Of a DNA stretch of 64,000 nt, positions 1-14,555 are shown piece after piece. Positions within the stretch are counted from its first letter, which is position 1. Each line of letters opens with the position of its first letter. The notes under the pieces were generated by a model that saw only the letters and a program-made list of their open reading frames with translations, did no database searches and was not told the origin of the DNA. The position numbers and the translations under genes are program-made. Source of the stretch: Sphagnum compactum. Its lineage: Eukaryota. Where the stretch lies: contig OZ234493.1 of assembly GCA_965153455.1 (NCBI GenBank), positions 33,470,213-33,534,212 of the forward strand, given 5' to 3'.

Positions 1-3000
1 ATCGAGCCACTACCTTCCCTACTTGTACAGAAAGTGTGGGGAGAAGTACTCGGGGACCTAATTATAGTGTTAAAGGTAGTTGCAGCTCTAATGACACAAC
101 TAATGGAGGATCTAAATTGTTAACAAGAGAAGCAACTTTAGCAGCTATAGCTGCAGCTCGCTCAGAGATAGCTGCCAGCAAAGGGGGTGGAGGATTGAAA
201 AATGGGCTTGAGATTTATGGGCAGTCAAATCAAAACCATGCAGTTGAAATTGGATCTGCACAAAATTCAGACACTGATGATGAAAATCTTCATCGGGTGG
301 CATTGTCGAAAGATTTTAAGCAAGTAGCATCAGGTGGTAAAGGAGGAGGACCAGTTCCTTTGGTCAATGCCTGGGCAACTGGTCGACCACGGAATGGAGA
401 GCTTGTAAGTGACATTGGAGCACTTCTCCTTAGCCATTCTTTGCAACACTTAGACCTGGTGGCAGTATTTTTTCAAATGAAGCACTTAGAAAGGCTCCAG
501 TAGCTGAGCCTCCCTCTTGTTGGACTCTTCTCCTAGTCTTTGTTGTGGAATGGCTGATGGATGTCTACTCCTTCTCTAGGTATTTTCAGGGTCAGCTTTG
601 GGCTCTCCTTTGGCAGCAGTAATGGGCTATGAATTACACTAAATGTCCTTTATGTTGTTTATGACAGCAGGAGTCAATCCCCCCAAGTCCACGTTTGCTA
701 CTCCCCAATTTCCAAGTTAGGCAGCAAGAAAATCCTTTCCCTCCACTTGTACAACCTTCATCTCCTGCAGGCCTCTCAGGAGCAGACAACCACTTGGAAG
801 CTCATCGTCTAAAGTATGTTCATGTTTCATGCAACTCCCACTGTCTTCATGGTTGGAAGAACTTGAGCATGAACCATGTTTGCAGACTTGGATCAGTAGG
901 TGGTTTGTGAATTGTGGGATTGGAGGAAGAACCTCTTGTTTAAGAGCATGTAGCATTCAACATTGGCATGGGTGCAAATGTTCATGAGAGTTGGAGATTT
1001 CTGTGTCAAGTCATGCCCAGTTTCCAGTATTGGTGTCAATCCTCCAAGACATGAATAGGAGAACAGCAGTTTCAGTGATAGCTAGAGCATTTTGCAACTT
1101 AGGGGGTATGCAGTCAAAGTATCATGGTGTTAATTTTTTGCAGGGCCAGGACAAAAAATGAAAAGAAACACTTACAACGTGCAACAAAGGCACGAGAGAA
1201 ACGTGAAGCAGAGGAAGGTGCAGATGCAGTAGTGCCTGGAATGTCAGCTCCAGCTGATTTACTGGAAAAGCATAGCCAATTTAAACTACCACATAGGTCT
1301 GTGCCTATCCAGGGTGTGGAGAAACAATTTGGTGTTGGTAAGCGAGCTGGGCTTAGGCCTTGGAATGAAAGGTGCAAGCTTGCACTTAGTGAAAAGAAAT
1401 TTTCATGGCTTGTCAACCAGCTGCAAGAGTAAGTGTTGTCTATCCCTTCCAGAATGCTTTGTCAAGTTAGGAATTTGGCTGCAGGAGAGGATTCTTGTGT
1501 GAGATAGTTCACCTTGTTCTAAACTCATATGTGGTTGTGCTATGTTGAGGGGTTTGATTTACAGACAATGAATTTGTAACTCACATTTGATTGCATGCTG
1601 TGATTGATTTCAAGGGCTTTTAAATCTCAAGTAGGGACCTTGTCAAATACCAATTTTGTCCTCCAAAGACCATGTCTCCATTTTTTTTCTCTCTTTCCTT
1701 CCTTGTTTGGCTATTTTTCTTTCCTTCTTTTTTCTTTTCTCTTTCTCTTTTCTTTGTGTTCCTTGTTCGTCTTGGTTATTATGGTCTTCCTTATCTTTTA
1801 GCTTTTGTTGAGATACCCAGTGTTATGGCTGAGAGTTCCCTTTACTTTTGATTTTATGGTAGAAACTCGGTACATTGTTCAATGTTTGACATTGTCCTGC
1901 ACCCATAGCTGGGAGTTTTTGACCTTGTTTCCTTCTTTTCATGCAGGTATGGATTTGCTGATTGGCAATCAATCTTGGCAGTTCGTATTTGTGGCAGTGA
2001 CTTAGAGCAGTGCTTAGATTGGCTCCTTCATAATTCATCCACTATGCAGCGTGACATGCCTGTGCAGAGTCAAGGAAGTGTGGTACATTATACTAACTTT
2101 GAGAGTAACCTCTTCAGTGTCCATTGGTTTCTGTGCTCAATGCTTTTCTGTTCACCATTTCTTTGCTTTGACAGTCGCGGGCTAGCTCTATCATTTTGCA
2201 ACAGATTATGATATGGACAAGAGTTGAATATTTTAAGTGTGATCATCCGATTGCAGGACATTCTGATTGAGCTGAATAAACTGGAGGAGTTTGTTCTAAA
2301 TGAAGGGTTCTCCCAGGTATGGAATCACAACAATGGTTTATTCCACTTTTGCTATGTTAGTACAGTACTTTATGGTCCATTTCACATTGTGTGTTCATTG
2401 TTGTGGAGACCATGAGTTTGTAGTGTTCACACATCACTTAAGTTCCCCCTTAGACCACTGACTTATCTGGCAGCCTCTTAGGTTTCTTGGGAGTGACATG
2501 GGGACTTTGAACTTAAAATAATGGATTTAGGTGAGGAGAGTGTGTAAGACTTACTGGCCTGTTGTAGTCATAGAGATACTTTAGTTTCTGGCAACAGTAT
2601 ATGTGTCTCATTACTGAGAGCCCCAGGAGGATAACTGTGCAGGATCAAGTGGAGGTTGCAGTTGCAAGCAGTAGCGGAGATATTGAAGCAACTTTTAAAC
2701 ACCTGAGATCCTTAAGCTCAAATATCTCTTCTCCAATTTCGGAAAGAAAGATGGTGTGGCTCTCAGCAAATATGTGGATCCTGTATCCCCCTCAATTGGG
2801 TTGTTGGTATAGGATGTACTTACTTATTGAGCTATTTGATGATCAGGGCCAGTTATGAACTACTCTAGCTCCGTTGCTGCACCTGATGGTGAAAGTTGCC
2901 TTCTGTGGTATGTACATCCTTGGATTTGAGACATGAGACAGGTGTTGGAGAACTTTCATATTGACAGGGATGTGTTGTGTGCAGGCAAATGTTAGTAATG

Positions 3001-3845
3001 GTGTCTTTCAAGAAAATTCAGTGGGTCAGGTTTCCTCTCAAGGATCTGGTAGTCTCACAACTGGTATGTGGGAGAGCATACTTAACGGTAGCAGCAATGG
3101 CCGTCCTTTCTCACCCTTCAGTGGTAGTGCAATCAGCTATGATTCAGAGAGCAGTTTCAGTCAGGTTGGCTTCATCTCGGATGTGGCACACTACAATGCA
3201 TTGGTGGGTATAGATGATCCTCAGGTTTCATTACAGGATGCTCCAATCAGTGGACCAGATGCCACAGGAGATCAGGGCTTGCCAAAGGTTTTGGGGGGGA
3301 CTTCCATGTCTCAAGGCAGCTATGATCAGTATGATTCGTTGTCAAGCAAGTTCCATAAGGGGGTGTACAGTGAACCCACTGTTTCTACAGTGACTAGTGT
3401 GGCAGCAGCAGTGTTGAATGACACATTTGGTTTTGATGACCAGGTGATAGCACAGCTTACAGAAGCCATTGCTGCCAATGAGCCTCCATTTACAGCACCT
3501 AGTAACTCTGCTACACCTTTGAATGGAATCTGGAGCAATCAACCCTCAGCCTTCTCTAGTTCAGCAGTAAGCCTTTCCTCCAACAGCTCACATGCAAGCT
3601 CACCCTCCTTTTATACTGGAACCAATTTTGTAGCAGGGGGGCAATCGTATTTCCAGTCTAGTATTGGTACGTTTGCAAAAGCTCCTACTGCAGGGTTGCC
3701 AGAGCCACCAAGGAGCACCTTTAAGAATAGCTACCCTGGCACATTGAGAACTCAACATTGGGGAGATCAACCTGTTAAAGTGGTAGATGAGGCTGAGGAA
3801 CAAGAAATCCTCATGGCTAAGCTTCTTGCACAATTGCTTGTGTGA
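1..3845 (+). CDS. UBA/TS-N-like domain protein (similar to Arabidopsis AT2G26920 family), 5' end outside window; exons <1-404, 671-813, 1144-1428, 1947-2082, 2257-2316, 2643-2753, 2985-3845
   Basis: GT-AG introns join the exons in consistent phase. The spliced protein contains ARTKNEKKHLQR...WNERCKLALSEKKFSWLVNQLQEYGFADWQSILAVRICGSDLEQCLDWLL and VDILIELNKLEE...QDQVEVAVASSSGDIEATFKHL, two UBA-like helical units recalled from this plant family, followed by a Ser-rich tail. Confidence 0.75.
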
Positions 3846-5879
3846 GAGCAGGCCGCATGACAACTGGATAGGGATTGGGGAGATGAAATGATCAGGGGTT
3901 GGAAATCCCCCATGACTTCAGATTCTGGAAGGGTTTCACAATGGGCCTCATACCACAACAGAGGAGGCTCTTGGTTCCTCACAACAGTCTTTTGTGCCAC
4001 ATTGCAGCAAAGCAATTTGCAAGTGAATGGTACAAAAGTGTTTTGTTTGGTTGTCATGGTTTCAACAGTCCTTTTCTTTTTGGGAATTTTGTACAGGGCT
4101 CTGCAATTTCTTATTATTTATGAATTTGAATTCTGCAGTTGTGGGAACAAAAATTTCCTTTTATCGTCTTTTATGATGTTTTGGGTGGACCAATCTGAAG
4201 GTTCTTTGGTTTTTTGAATTCTCCATTTTTTGTACAGATATGTACCCACAAATTTGAATGCCAGAGTTAGATAGCTGGGTGGAGCCTGTAGTCAAATGAG
4301 ACATTGAGAATGCTACTGTAGTGGCTATTATTCAACCCAGGGAATGTGAAATTTGGACTTGTGAAGACCTGGATCTAGTGCGAAGGAGTGAGAGGTTCGA
4401 ACTAGTGTTGGCTGGAGGTTGACTTCTGACCTGGTTATCAACCAGGGTCCATAAGCAGTGTATGGAGTAACAGTGTGAAGATCTGGCTAACACTCAAGTT
4501 TCTATAGGCCCAATAAGTCAGTTGTTACATTGATGAGAAGGTAATACCCTATCTATATTCATCCATGTAAATTCAACCTTCATCGAAGTAGGTTATTCAT
4601 TATTTCTTTAAGCCCCATTTTTCCTCATCCAAGTAGGTTATCTCTTTTCTCCTGGAATATGTTGCTGGATCACTTGTTGCCATGTGCCATTTGGCAGGGT
4701 GGTGTGGTCGTGATACAAAATGCACATGGAATGCAAGAGAATCCAAATTGTGGCACGAATTCCTTGCACAAAAACCTACCTTGACACTCCTATATTGCAA
4801 AAGTAAGCTCTTATGCCATATATGTCCTCCTTGCCAGATATTGGAAAACAGTAAGATCTCTCTCACATGTTATAGGCAGTTATTAAAGGATCCTAAACAA
4901 GTTTATTGGTATCTGGATTGGGTGCTCAGACAAGGAAATGGATACCAAGTGGATCCTTCAGTGCAAGGTTTTCTTTTTTGTTTGCCCAAGGTCTCGCAGT
5001 TGGCTACTATTCTCCTTTACATTAATTGCTCTAGCAGGTAGTGTTTGGCAATTAGTGTGGTTTTTTCCTATGTACAGTTTGGCAACCTGCATTATTTGGA
5101 GCACGGGTTCTAGCATTCAAGAAAAAATCGTGGTAAAACATAATTGCAATGGAAAAAGTTGCTACAGGGTGTTTTCACTTGTGAAAATTTTGGCAATCCT
5201 TTTTGCATCCATGTGCGTGCATTGATGAACACGACAATAGTTGTTTACAAATTGTGTGAATGATAAGAACTTGCAATTTAGGATATATGTACTAAATAAT
5301 AGCACAACAGCAACAACTTCTAAACACAAATGTTGTGTGGAAAAAGTAAATTCATGTTGTGCAATGAAATAGAAGGCCTAGGGACATTCGGACCCCGATG
5401 CTTTTGAAATCTATCTACTGCAGCCCAAGTGAGGTTTACACAAGCAACAAAGCTTAGAAACTTACATGCTCTCCCACATTAGCTCAAGACAACAAGAATC
5501 CAACAATGTGCATATCAAAAAGACACACAATGAAATAAGCGAATATACAATTGAAGCCTTTACAAAACTTACACAAATTATAATGCAATAAAACAAACAA
5601 ATGAGGGCACTTAAAAAGAAATTATAGGTATTTTTGTATAAATTTAAAATCCAAATCACATAAAACACACATCAAGGAGCTAGGGAAAAATGCAAACATC
5701 ATATATATATATATATATAAACAATCACAAAACACTTGGCTACATTGCTTATCTACTTGCTTGTATACATCCAATCCTTGATTACATCTCCAAATGGAAA
5801 AGTATCCATGGAGTAATGATCTTGAACAAACATCTTGATAACCAAATCAAAATTAGTTGTCAATCTATTTTTGAGCTTA

Positions 5880-7960
5880 GATTTCATAAAAAAACATAAT
5901 TAGGAGGCAACATTCATTTTTCACACTACCCAAAACCATGACAACAAAAATCTCCACCAATTTAAAAAATTGAAATTTTGATGTTTCGAGATAGCACTAG
6001 AGGACAAATGGGACATTTTAGTCACAAGATTACACATCAAAGGAGGCTCGAAAGTATGCTTACTATTTGCTTACATAGTCAACTTGAAAATAAAAATTCC
6101 TATGTCAAGCTTATGTTCATTCAATAGGGAAGGTATGTTCAAACCTTCCTCACAAAACTCTTTGTCAAAATGATATTGTGGCTTCAATATGGCTACATGG
6201 GCAAGGAATGTGGTCTCAACTTCAAAATTCAACCAATATCAATGATAAATAATCCCAATAACATTCATTAGCTCTTGGTTTAGAAACTTCCTTGTAAACT
6301 CTTTAAGTAAGTTAATGATTACAATAAAACATTATAATTTCATTATAACAACAGCAACATACCACTCATCACACGTGCACATGGTAAAAATCCCTATTGA
6401 AGGGCACTTGTAGTGTAACTAGTATTGGAGACCTTGAAAATAAAAAATGACATATTAATCGTTAGCTAGATCAATCCACTAAGTTGTTAACAACCCATCA
6501 TTTGTGTAATGCGCACAATCAAAAAAACTCTTGAATTATATATCAATGTATGTTTTTTTGGATCACAATAAAGTGGGTACAAATTTGCATAACACATATT
6601 CACAACTCCCACAAAATCACAAACAAAAGCATTGCAACTTTGAACAAACTCGATGAGTTCATGGACTACCTTCAACATGGGTAGAATGTAAATGAAGCCC
6701 ATGACAACCTCGATAGCACATAAAAACTCAAAATTGTTTTTGTTGTAGTGATGGCATGAATATCATCATTCATTTTCACAACTAAGGGCTTATACTTTTC
6801 AAAAATGCTTTTAGCAAAAGACAACATAGAAATCCACCTAATCTTTACATTGTGTAACAACTTGTTCCACAACTTAGCAAGGTTGCACTATTGAAGGTGC
6901 CCTTTGGGTGGAGAAAAGAAATATGTGTATGTGGACTGCAAAATCCCCTCAAGCTTTTGCATTAGGGACTATTTGGAAAACATTTACATAACAATGTTGG
7001 TTTGATGCACAATAAAGTGGACAACAAGCATGAAAGGGGTTACCTTTTTTTTAATTTTGTATGGTCACACCATTATGGACAACTGTGAAAATAACAGCAC
7101 CATCAAAACCCAAACAATTAGCTTGCTATTGATTTCATACATAGTGAAGCCCTCATAAACCATTAAGGAATAAAAAATCACATTGGTCAAATTGTCAAAT
7201 GTGCCACCATTGACCAATTTTTTCAAATTTAATAAGATTGGGATGCACTTGAAGCCATCCACAAAGTAAGCATGAATGTTGGTCAAGAATTAATTGTCAA
7301 CCTTCGTCATTTTATCACAAGTAATAACAAGGAACCTAGCTCCATGAATATTTTCTTTAGTTGTGATGACGACAATGTAGTGCATAACATGTGCAATTTC
7401 CATCCTGCATTGTTGTTCCAATGTTTTCTTGGATCGTTTTTCACCTTCGAGAATTGAAACAACTTCATTGCTTCAAAGTCAACAATAACATGACCTTGTT
7501 TCAAAATTACAAAAAAAATCTTTTCCTTTCTTCAACCAAATCCCCCAAAAGAACCGTGTTTGCCACGATGTCTCTTCCCCAACTAGAGAAAATATGTTCA
7601 TTTTTTGCATGTTGTGAGTCTAAAAACATGTAATATTACCCATAGTGCAATTACATTTGGTCTTTTTACATTTGCACCTTTTAACAATCTTTTGGAGATC
7701 ATCAAATTTGGGAACCAAGAACTTTTCTCTCCCTTTGATCTATGTGCACATCCAACACCTAACCATATGCATTTTTGCATCAAAATCAAAGACAACTTTC
7801 ACCCATGAAAACTTTGTTGTTGAAAATTGTTAAAAACTTGATTTACTTCACATTCGTTCACCCTTCTCTTCTCCTTCTCTATTGGGATAACTTCAAATGA
7901 TGGGTTTACATTCAACAACATGCTTGTAACACAATGCTCACAAGTGCCACCTTTTACAAC
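5880..7960 (-). mobile_element. Degenerate hAT (ZNF862-like) DNA transposase relic
   Basis: Broken minus-strand frames give ITCDKMTKVDN*FLTNIHAY (cf. ALSCDEVT), GFDGAVIF (cf. DGASV), VHFIVHQTNIV (cf. HCxAHRxNL), LLHNVKIRWISML (cf. TRWLS) and VVHELIEFVQ...FVCDF. Many stops and frameshifts. Confidence 0.8.
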
Positions 7961-8499
7961 AACATTGGAATCATCGTCAACAATAGTGTAACAAAACATG
8001 TTGTAAATAACAAAATGACCAACCTGACTTGACAAAACAACGTTAACAACACTAAAGACCTTAACATTGACAAAAGAACTTGTACTTGAACCCAACAGGT
8101 ACCTACAAAGGTGCCATGTTACATTTAAACTGAAAGAAACCTAAAAGCCCTAAGAAAAAAAAATGTTCAACCTTGAAACCTACTATAATGCAAACAATTT
8201 GTAAGAGAGTGTAGCATGCTTGAGTTTTACACCAATATGTAAAGACTACGAGGATGTTCATGAAATCTCCATGCATAACAAAATTTAATTTATATTGCAA
8301 TTTTAGAGTCAATCCTTGTAATGTGATTCGTCCTATTGCAGACACCTCTGTTGTTAAATTGAAATTCGCCCAAGTAACATAGATTACTACAAATGTCTTC
8401 TTTCTCACACACAACATGCCCTCATGAACTTCCAAATTTTGTAATCCAACTTTCAACACACAATTTATAACTATGTAAATGACAAGAAACAACTACCTC

Positions 8500-11400
8500 A
8501 AATTTTTAAGCATATGAGAGAGGCAAGGAATTGAATTTAGAACTTAGAACATCTGTTTATTTTTCTAAAAGCAAATTGATCATTTGGTTTGGACCCTCCT
8601 ACATGACAAAACAATTCATCCCATCATCCTGCATTTCTTCCCCAACACTGATATTTATAGAATCAAACAATACAGATCCTTGGACTTAAGGTGCATTGCC
8701 CAACATGGTTTCTTCATCCTTAAATGTATCTTGACTCTCCTTCGCATTACTTTGGTCCCCAACCTCAGCATCCTCCAACATTTCCATATTATTAGTGATG
8801 GATGTTCGACTAAATTTTTTTTCCAACTTTTCCATTGTTTCAATATCATGTCGTGCTTACTTCCTCACAACCTATAGCATATTGACCATGTTTAATGGCA
8901 AGACTTGTATATTATTCCCAAGACCTTGCACATGACTTGGATAGTTCTTTTTTCCACATCCACAACTGCCCCAATCTTAATTAGGAAATCCAATCCTAAC
9001 AATAGGTCATAGTTGTTAGTGTCTACAACCATGGATGTCATGGGACATTGAATTTTCCAACCTTCACAACAATCTCATTAATCTTCCCAAGTGCTTGTGT
9101 GCCAATGTTGAAAGTTGTCTTGTATGATTCAAATCCTATGACTAACATAGATGCACATGTGTCAACCAATCCCTCAATTAAATGGTTACCAACATGTACC
9201 AAAAGGTGTAGGGTTTTACTTCGATGATTTCTGTTGATGTGGATGCATCTGATTGCTGATTTTTTTTCTAATTTCATCAAATTAGTTGTTTTCAAACTCT
9301 CATCCCTTTTATTTCTAGCAGGCTTCACCAGACTTTCCAAACATTCTAGTTTGTCGAAAATTGACAAGATTGTTTCCATTAGAGACAATGAAATTTTACC
9401 CTTGATGAAATGGGTCAAAATTTTGGATCATGATGATCTTTCCTTTGCTGCATCAATTGTTCCAACATCCATGGTACTTTCCTATGCTTATTCCACTTTT
9501 GGTGCTTACATTTCTACCGACATTTTTCTTCTTGGTATCCTCACGTTAGAGAAAATACAATGCTTTGTTTTGCAAAGACGATTCAACTATTCTAGTGTAG
9601 TTGCTTCATCATCAACAAGTACCTCCAAGTAATTTCTTGCAATAAGATTTGGTTTGGGTTCCTTCCCTTTTTTCCAACACTAGTTGTTCTTCTATATGGC
9701 CCATGCCATTGTAATAATCATATCTTAAATCTTAATTTTCTGTCTTATGTGGAAGACCACACTTACTACATTTGATCTTAGTACCCAATTCTTGGACAAA
9801 TAGTAGCCACATGATCACCTAGACTACATATCTGGCATACTAAAGTAGTTTTGACACTAAAAGACCTTGTTCCATGACTTGGTGTAATTCCTTGCTTGAA
9901 AAAATCAATAAGTGACTCATTCAATGCATTGATTTGTTTCTCAACAACAACCACTACCACAACTCCCTCCTCTTATTCATCTTTCAATAACTCAAATAGG
10001 GTTTATCCTAGTTCAACCAACACCCTTTCCACCTTTAAAACTATAGTAAGCAGTTCATCCATATTCGCATAATCCCACACAACACATAGTTTCTTTATTT
10101 CAGGACGAAGCTTAAACATAAACCTTCGTTTCTATTTTGCATCCTCCAAATTTTCCCTTATGAAAAACTTTTCCATCCTATCATGGTAAGTTTGCATTTT
10201 TTGCCTTGGTTTTTGCTTGATCTAGTTTAGTTTGGCCTTGACCTTTTCCTTGTCCACCATCCCATAGTTTAAAAAATGGTAACTTTCATAGCCGGCCAAT
10301 TTGATGGAATAATAACAAATGTTTTGAACGATTCCTTGGCCTTAACTTTTAGGTTCAGTCTATCAAATTTGAACAACTTTTGTTCATTGATTCCTGTGAC
10401 CTTTATCACCATTTCTAGCTTCTCCACCTAGTCATGAATATTTTCAAACTCCTTGCTGTAGAAAGCTCATCCATACCTTTGGGGCTTGTCATCATGGGGT
10501 ATTTTTCCAGATCTGCCACTTCTTCTACTCCTATTGCATATATAGATCAAAGATGCTCTTTCTTGGTTAATACCCATAGCAAAATCAATGTCTTCTATCT
10601 TCTCCCTAACCCACCTATTTTCTAAATATAAACTCCAATTTAACAGTATGGATATTGTCCCAAAATGCTCAACTGTAATCATCCTATTTCTTGCCCTAAA
10701 AATGTCATCCATCCTTCGCATATAGAACTTGACATAATTTTTTTTGTATTTTTAGAACTTGGAATCCAAATATCCCCTAATTGAGGAACATGTTTCCCAT
10801 TTTCAAGACTAGGGACCTCAAAATTGAATAGGGAAGGTTTAGGGACATTATCTAAAACTAAGTTATTTCTTGATGGTTTGACTGTCACCATTCATCCTAA
10901 CTTCTAGCATCAATTGTCTTTAATACAACTCCAATCCTGGTTGGGGTCATCATTGATCACAATATATGATCATGCTGATAATTGATGTGATTCAAATTGG
11001 ATCTTCTCTTCATGTTCAGAATTCCATAACCATTTTCCAACAATATTTCTTCTTAGTCTCCATACCAAACCCTTGGATTCAACTCCTGAATGCACAATTT
11101 TGACCACTTTGTCACCAACAACAAACAATGTATTATCCTTAGGAAGAAGAACCTCACTTTTTGAGATGGTGATAGTGCAATAACAAGTAACCACAAATTT
11201 CATGCTTTTGGTAGGTTATACTTTTTCAAATATTTCAATATTCAACGGGTTGGATAAAAATTGATGAAAAATAACATGTGTGCTGATGTCGAGAAATAAT
11301 GGTCTAACTTCCTACTCCATCTCCTGTCCTTAGTTAAATTTGAACCCTTGTATACATTCTAGTGTGAATAATTAGCAATGCCAAATCTCGTACTTTTGCT

Positions 11401-12700
11401 AAATTTGAATTGAGTCCAATTATGCTTACCACACGGAAGCCTTGTAGCTTTAAAATAATTGTTCCTTCCTTAGGCAGAATGTCAAATCTGGGAAAGGAAA
11501 ATCAAACTCATTGATAACCAATATCTCATCTTTATGTTGAACCTTTTGCCATGATCTTTTCCACCATGTTCCATGGTGGTGCAATTGGCATGGCTCCTCA
11601 CCTACACCATCAATACCCAACATCATTCACCAACCTAATAAACCATTATAACCTCCTAGAATAAACCTACTTCGATAAAAAAACAAGGGCTATTACACAA
11701 CACACATTGTTCATTAAAGTTACAATAACAAAATAGTTAAAGATATGTGCTGCTTACACATCATTTCCAAGACATATAATGTTCAAATTGTCTATCCTAG
11801 GAGAGAACCAATGATACATTACCTAATTAATTGGCATCCAATTTGGATCAGAACATTCTAGATCCCCTTTCATTCAGCTATCATGACCTTCTCATTGCAG
11901 GTTCCGTTGAGATACAAGTTCCCCAACAAAGTCAATGAACTTTAGTCCCCATAAGTGTCCTAGATGGAAGAAAACAAGACAAAACCAAATGCTGGTACAA
12001 ACAAAACAAATACCCACAATCTAAACCTAGATCATAAGCATTCGTTTGGAGCTCCCACAATTTAGGTACTTGACCACACACATGCCATCCACATATACCA
12101 AACATGGACAAATTGAAACATGCCCAGGTCAACCTTTAGATCCCTAAGGGCTATCATCCCTTCCGAATTGAATGCCATTTAGATTCTACTCTAACAAACC
12201 TATTGTAAACTTCCTTCATTACGTAACAAGATTACATTTTTGAAAGTTCACTAGGCTATGAAAATTCAAACACGATGGGCATTCATCCTTTCCACAACAC
12301 AAACTCTATCACTACAACATCAATTTTCCAAACTTAAATCACATAAGAAGAACCGGCGTAAGTATTTGGTGCTTAGCTTCTGTGAACTTCAGCTACTTGT
12401 TTCTCCACTATAGATCATGCTCCATCACCACAAACATTTGCATCCACACACTAAAAACAACAAAATACAACCTACTAGCACGTCCCAAAACTTTTGCTCC
12501 AACTTAATTGGTGCCATTGCTAGCATCCTTTGCACAAATCAGCTTGAGCTCTAGCAATGAACAAACAACAAAATATGAGTTCGTGTCTCCAATGCACAAA
12601 ATGCAAACTAGTAAAGACCCTTTTCACATGGAAAAAACCCTAATCCATAATTCCAAGCCACACTTTCTTGTTGGAGCTTGGAACCAATGGATAAAGGTTG
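8500..12700 (-). mobile_element. Decayed Ty3/gypsy LTR retrotransposon (gag-protease relic); outer boundaries approximate
   Basis: Minus-strand zinc knuckle CQICSLGDHVATIC (ORF 9778-9960), aspartic protease motif GLVDTCAS (about 9150-9175) and YDLLLGLDFLIKIGAVVDVEK (about 8950-9010). No intact RT or integrase seen. Confidence 0.75.
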
Positions 12701-13095
12701 GGTATATGTAAACCCTTGATTGATGGTTCTAAAAGGGTAAGTTATCACCCTTTAAACAATATATGAATTTAAAAAATAAAATAATGATGATGATGATATA
12801 AAAACCTTATAACTGGCTAATAACTGGCAGGATAACAAGTGGTTATCAAATGATTCTATAACCTATTTGGCAAGCAATAAAATAAAATAAATATTGATAA
12901 CCTGTGTGATCCCAAAAAAAATTTCAAAAAAACTACCTGAATGGCTATTAAAAAAGCTATAAGTTAGCCTGGAACCAGAGGTTATTCTGATTTTTGAAAA
13001 TATTAAAAAAAAAAAAAACCCTGAATCAGAGGTCTTTATGATTCTGAGTAGTAGGGTTTAGACCCTGAACCCTAAATCCTATTCTATTAAAAAAA

Positions 13096-13425
13096 AAACC
13101 AGAACTGGAGGTTAGTTGATTTCTTAAAATTTTAGAAACCTGGAACCAGAGGTTAGTTGATTTCTTAAAATTTTAGAAAACCTGGAACCAGAGGTTAGTT
13201 GATTTCTTAACATTTTAGAAAACCTGGAACCAGAGGTTAGTTGATTTCTTAACATTTTAGACAAACCTGGAACCAGAGGTTAGTTGATTTCTTTAAAATT
13301 TTAGAAAACCTGGAACCAGAGGTTAGTTGATTTCTTAAAATTTTAGACAAACCTGGAACCAGAGGTTAGGGTTTAGGGTTTAGGGTTTAGGGTTTAATTT
13401 TAATAGAAACCTGGAACCAGAGGTT
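13096..13425. repeat. Tandem minisatellite, about 41-bp unit AAACCTGGAACCAGAGGTTAGTTGATTTCTTAAAATTTTAG, about 7-8 copies, one broken by a (TTTAGGG)n tract
   Basis: Near-identical units directly visible at about 13096, 13136, 13177, 13218, 13262, 13305, 13347 and 13407. Confidence 0.95.
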
Positions 13426-13899
13426 TCTAACAAAATCAAAGAACTACACAACAGTTGTAAGAGCAGGTCCACCAGCAGCCATACAGTGACCTGCACACCC
13501 TACTTTGAATGAAGTAGGGTTTAGGGTTTAGGGTTTAAACCCTACAGCCTTCAAATAGCATGAAAATGGGTTTGAACCATTGCTGGCCATTTCTTACTTT
13601 TTGAAATGAAAGAACCTCTCACACCAAAAAAAATTGGAATTGGTAGGTTTTTTCAGGTGTGGGTTTAAGCCTAGTTTTTCAAAATTATTTAAATCCTAGG
13701 GTTTTCAATTTTGGCAAAGCTTTCTGAATTTCAAAGAATTTTCAAGCCCCAGTTAAAAAAAAACAAGGTCCACTTCTATATGTACACATTAACACATTGA
13801 GATTGAGGTTGAAATTTTTGTAAAGATTTTTTTTTTAATAATAATAAGTTAAAACTAAAAATTGTGAGTTGTTGTTGTTGTTTTTGTGTTTTGTTTTTT

Positions 13900-14200
13900 G
13901 GAGTGAATTTTCTTCACACCATAGTGACCAAAAATACTTAATTCAGTGCAACAACTCATGCAAAGTGTTAAAAAATTTGTAAAAGAAAAAAATGCACCCG
14001 AGTTGCTTAAATGTTTTAAGGATTTTTAAAATATTTTTCTAAAATTATCACATTTAGACAATAGGTTCCCAACTTCAGGTTGCCAAATTATACCATTAAA
14101 TTCTTTAAATTTTCTTTTACTTGCCTCTCTGACCTGTAGCCAAATTTGACTAAGTCCTCTTGTGGAGAATTGGCATTGTTGTTGATACATCACAAAATTT
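13900..14200 (+). mobile_element. Dispersed MITE-like repeat family A (related copies at about 45100-45290, 47050-47335, 60230-60450, and inverted at 62120-62190)
   Basis: Shared blocks CATTTAGAyAATAGGTTCC, TGACCTGTAgCCAAATTTGgCTAA and TACATCACAAAATT recur in the same order in the copies. Confidence 0.7.
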
Positions 14201-14555
14201 ATAATTTTTAAATAATTAAATATTATTATTAAAAAAAAAAAAAACCCTAGTAGCTATGGATGTTCCTGAGCAATGTAGGAGATGATTTTGGAAGTGGGTC
14301 CTCCATTCTTTCTGACTTTGAGATGGGTCTCCATTTTCATTGCCTTTACAAAGTCTCCCAGAAACCACCTTCCCTTTCTAGAAGAGACTTTGTCAGAATC
14401 TGAACATGAAAATCTTATTTCAGTGGGGATTGCCCAGATTTTACTGTTGCCAAAATCCTGCAACAAACCCTATTTGGAGATTTACCAAATCCTCACAATT
14501 CTATTATTAAATTTTTGATTTTTTGTAAAAAGAAAATTTTATTTCAATTTTATTG

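Noticed and set aside
13096-13425. CRISPR-like regular repeats (also 21556-22000 and 62175-62378)
   Set aside because: Units are contiguous tandem copies without unique spacers, there are no cas genes, and the context is eukaryotic.
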